Shown here: positions 61,710-64,000 of the stretch, piece by piece
How the letters are laid out: each line of letters starts with the position of its first letter
Position numbering within the stretch: the stretch's first letter is position 1
NCBI GenBank assembly: GCA_048941285.1
Contig: JBHLNS010000004.1
Span: forward strand, 32,001 to 96,000
Direction of reading: 5' to 3'
DNA: 64,000 nt
From: Promethearchaeota archaeon
GTDB taxonomy: Archaea; Asgardarchaeota; Lokiarchaeia; Sigyniarchaeales; SOKP01
The notes under the pieces: model-generated
Told to the model about the DNA's origin: nothing
Seen by the model: only the letters and a program-made list of their open reading frames with translations
Database searches by the model: none
Made by a program: the position numbers and the translations under genes

Positions 61710-63065
61710 TCATTTTTCCTGCAATTTTTTTTTACTTTTTGGTTCTTTCAAACCAATATAACCTCTAATAAATGATTTTAAAACCTGTGTAATATACCAA
61801 AGTCCGCTTTCTTTAAAAGGTATAGCTATAAAGTGAGTAAGCCTATAAGTCAACATATCTTTTTTTTTAATTCCTAAGAATTCTCCTAGTATGCTAACCC
61901 AGTTTCTTACTGGAATGCGCTTATTCGTTAATCCTAATGCGGAAGTAAATCCATCTCCGAAGATTGATATCACTGCATGACAACATGGACATAATGTACA
62001 TAACATTTCAGCATTTGACTCAACTGCTTCGTCGATAATTGGTAAGATATCTTTTTTTACTATAAGCTTTAAAGGATTTTTTGATTCTCTAATTATACAA
62101 TATAAATCACAGAAGGAGCTCGTTTTATGATGTTTCATTTCTGAGATTTTTACAGTTGGTAGTAGTGAAAAGAGATTTCTTATACTTGATACATCTCCAC
62201 TATGTACAAGGTGACAAGAATCATGAATCGTAATTACTTGAGATTCAGCTCTAAATTTACTTATGAATTTTTTATTTTCAGGTTTTTTTAAAATTTCCGC
62301 GATATAATCTGCTGCATAGATGATCTCCAAGTCATAATCTTGAATAAGTTGTGGTGCAAGTTTTTTAAGGCCATAATAACAAGTCGCGCAGTAGACCATT
62401 ACTTTTTTTGTATTAAATTTCTTAATTTCATCAACCAAGTTTTTTAAAAGATATTTTCCATATTCGAATTTTCCAAGACCAAATAAAACTGCTCCACAAC
62501 ACACTAATTTATCATATAAGCCTTCAATAAGACCAAAGTTAAGATTTAATTTACAGAATATGTCAAGTAATGTATAATATTGATTCTCCAGCATTTGGAT
62601 GCCACAACCTGAAAAAAATATTACTTCACGTGTTTTTGGTATTCGATATTCATCATATTTCTCTCTATTTAACCTGGGAATCAAAAAATTATTTAAATTT
62701 AGTATAATATGTGCTAGTCTCCTTCCATTAATGAATCTCTCAAATAGAGAAGGAATATTATATGGAAGCCATGTATATTTTTTGTTTAATTGAGATAATT
62801 CAAATCTAATGGTCGAAAGGCGTTCTGTTAGATCTAAATTATTTATACAGGATATCTGGCAATTTTTGCAATATACGCATGATTTTAAAAATTTCTTAAT
62901 CGATTTAACATTTTTTTTATCCAATTTATTCTGGAAAAGATTTTTTAAGGTCTTATGAATCGAGTATTGCGTTGTTTTATAAGCATAACAATTTTTATAG
63001 CAGATCCCGCATTCGGTACATTCCTTAATATAATATTCTTTAAATTTAGAAAAATCATTAGTCAT
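61710..63065 (-). CDS. Fe-S oxidoreductase with CCG domains (HdrD/GlpC-like)
   Basis: Two CxxCxxCxxxC motifs, FSGC, CCG, YCATC, HDSCH, LCPCC. Confidence 0.85.
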   Translation of the reverse strand: MTNDFSKFKEYYIKECTECGICYKNCYAYKTTQYSIHKTLKNLFQNKLDKKNVKSIKKFLKSCVYCKNCQISCINNLDLTERLSTIRFELSQLNKKYTWLPYNIPSLFERFINGRRLAHIILNLNNFLIPRLNREKYDEYRIPKTREVIFFSGCGIQMLENQYYTLLDIFCKLNLNFGLIEGLYDKLVCCGAVLFGLGKFEYGKYLLKNLVDEIKKFNTKKVMVYCATCYYGLKKLAPQLIQDYDLEIIYAADYIAEILKKPENKKFISKFRAESQVITIHDSCHLVHSGDVSSIRNLFSLLPTVKISEMKHHKTSSFCDLYCIIRESKNPLKLIVKKDILPIIDEAVESNAEMLCTLCPCCHAVISIFGDGFTSALGLTNKRIPVRNWVSILGEFLGIKKKDMLTYRLTHFIAIPFKESGLWYITQVLKSFIRGYIGLKEPKSKKKLQEK

Positions 63066-63187
63066 TGTTGAGAAATCATTATGCTTCGGTGGAATTATTA
63101 ACTAATAAAAAAATTAAAAAAAGAAAAATATAACTGTTTACTAATAGGAAAACAAATAAGAAAATAGATTTAAAAATGGTAGGGTAA

Positions 63188-63730
63188 ATGTCAGCTAAAG
63201 TTAGAATAAGGAAAAAATATGGAAAAGAACGAGTGATTTATGAAATTAAAGAGAGTTTAGAACATAAAATGGTTCTGAGACTCGAAGCTCCACTTATTGG
63301 GTTAATCGCTTTTAGTTTTGCGCTTTGGGGTTCGAAAATTTTCACGGCACTTTCACCAGGGACAAGTTTGATTTTTCAAATCAGTGGTTATACCATTCAT
63401 CTACACCACTTTCATTATGGTATCATCGCATTAGCAATTGGATTAGTACTTACATTTTTTGAGGGACGCTGGTTTGCACGAATTGAACACATTCTATTTG
63501 GGGCGGGTTTAGGTTTTATAGTTGATGAATATTGGTTACTTTTAATATTCGATGATTCGACATATTTCGGTCCCGAATCACAATTTATTTCCGTCATGAT
63601 AGGACTCGTAATTAGTATAATTTATGCGATAATAATAATAGGAATTTATTTCATAACCAAGGAAGAACGAAAAATTTGGCACGAATTATATGATGTTGTT
63701 AAATCAGATAAATTTGAAATTGATATATAA
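63188..63730 (+). CDS. Membrane protein with HLHHFHYG motif
   Basis: Four TMs, HLHH and GLGFIVDE. Confidence 0.7.
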   Translation: MSAKVRIRKKYGKERVIYEIKESLEHKMVLRLEAPLIGLIAFSFALWGSKIFTALSPGTSLIFQISGYTIHLHHFHYGIIALAIGLVLTFFEGRWFARIEHILFGAGLGFIVDEYWLLLIFDDSTYFGPESQFISVMIGLVISIIYAIIIIGIYFITKEERKIWHELYDVVKSDKFEIDI

Positions 63731-64000
63731 TATCATTAATTTAATTAATGTAAGATAATGTAAATTGGTTTTTTCATATTTTTGTTCAAATAAAATGCTA
63801 AAAACAGTATAAAGGAAAGCTAACAACGGAAAATAAGAAAGATATTCAAAGAAAATGATCTTGCTTTAATTCTTTTATTTTTAATGCTCTTCTTAAGAAA
63901 TGTCGTCTCTTTAAGAAAAATTCTACTTAACGAGATAAGCTATATTAACACATTGATATCTCCAAATAATTCACTCATTTCTTAAAAATAGAATAAAAAA

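Noticed and set aside
4740-63597. Many short ORF-track entries antisense to or nested in long genes (e.g. 8779-9072, 10827-11219, 36248-36598, 50444-50881, 53239-53706, 53926-54408)
   Set aside because: They are shadow frames of well-supported genes, with no motifs of their own.
63745-63978. Minus-strand frame with two in-frame TAGs (possible pyrrolysine or read-through)
   Set aside because: No recognisable protein and no supporting signal; other genes here use TAG as a normal stop.
1-64000. CRISPR array, rRNA, transposase, provirus
   Set aside because: No regularly spaced repeats, long GC-rich RNA genes or hallmark mobile/viral proteins were found by eye.

Overview
AT-rich archaeal chromosomal window, almost certainly from an Asgard archaeon of the Lokiarchaeia type (inferred from ESCRT-II/III/Vps4, a Rab-like GTPase, MglA/MglB and longin-like proteins alongside archaeal RadA, FEN1, RPA and TFB). 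Left part (~1-17 kb): a cluster combining two divergent TFB-like proteins, an HExxH membrane protease, a RadB-like ATPase, RadA with an extra C-terminal HhH, FEN1, RPA and several small zinc-finger and membrane proteins. Middle: a roadblock-GTPase-HEPN-like module, then mixed metabolic genes. Right: ribosome-biogenesis genes, an ESCRT/Rab locus and two tRNAs (Gly-GCC, Val-GAC). Not in the ORF track: (i) a large secreted prenyltransferase-repeat protein running off the left edge; (ii) a small two-TM reading frame (6441-6656) with a single in-frame TGA followed 35 nt after its stop by a eukaryote-type SECIS-like hairpin, which is a candidate new selenoprotein and the top finding; (iii) a ~119-nt structured ncRNA candidate (23174-23292, minus strand); (iv) an MFS gene remnant. 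No CRISPR array, rRNA, integrase or transposase was seen. All family calls come from motif recognition by eye; no database searches were run.
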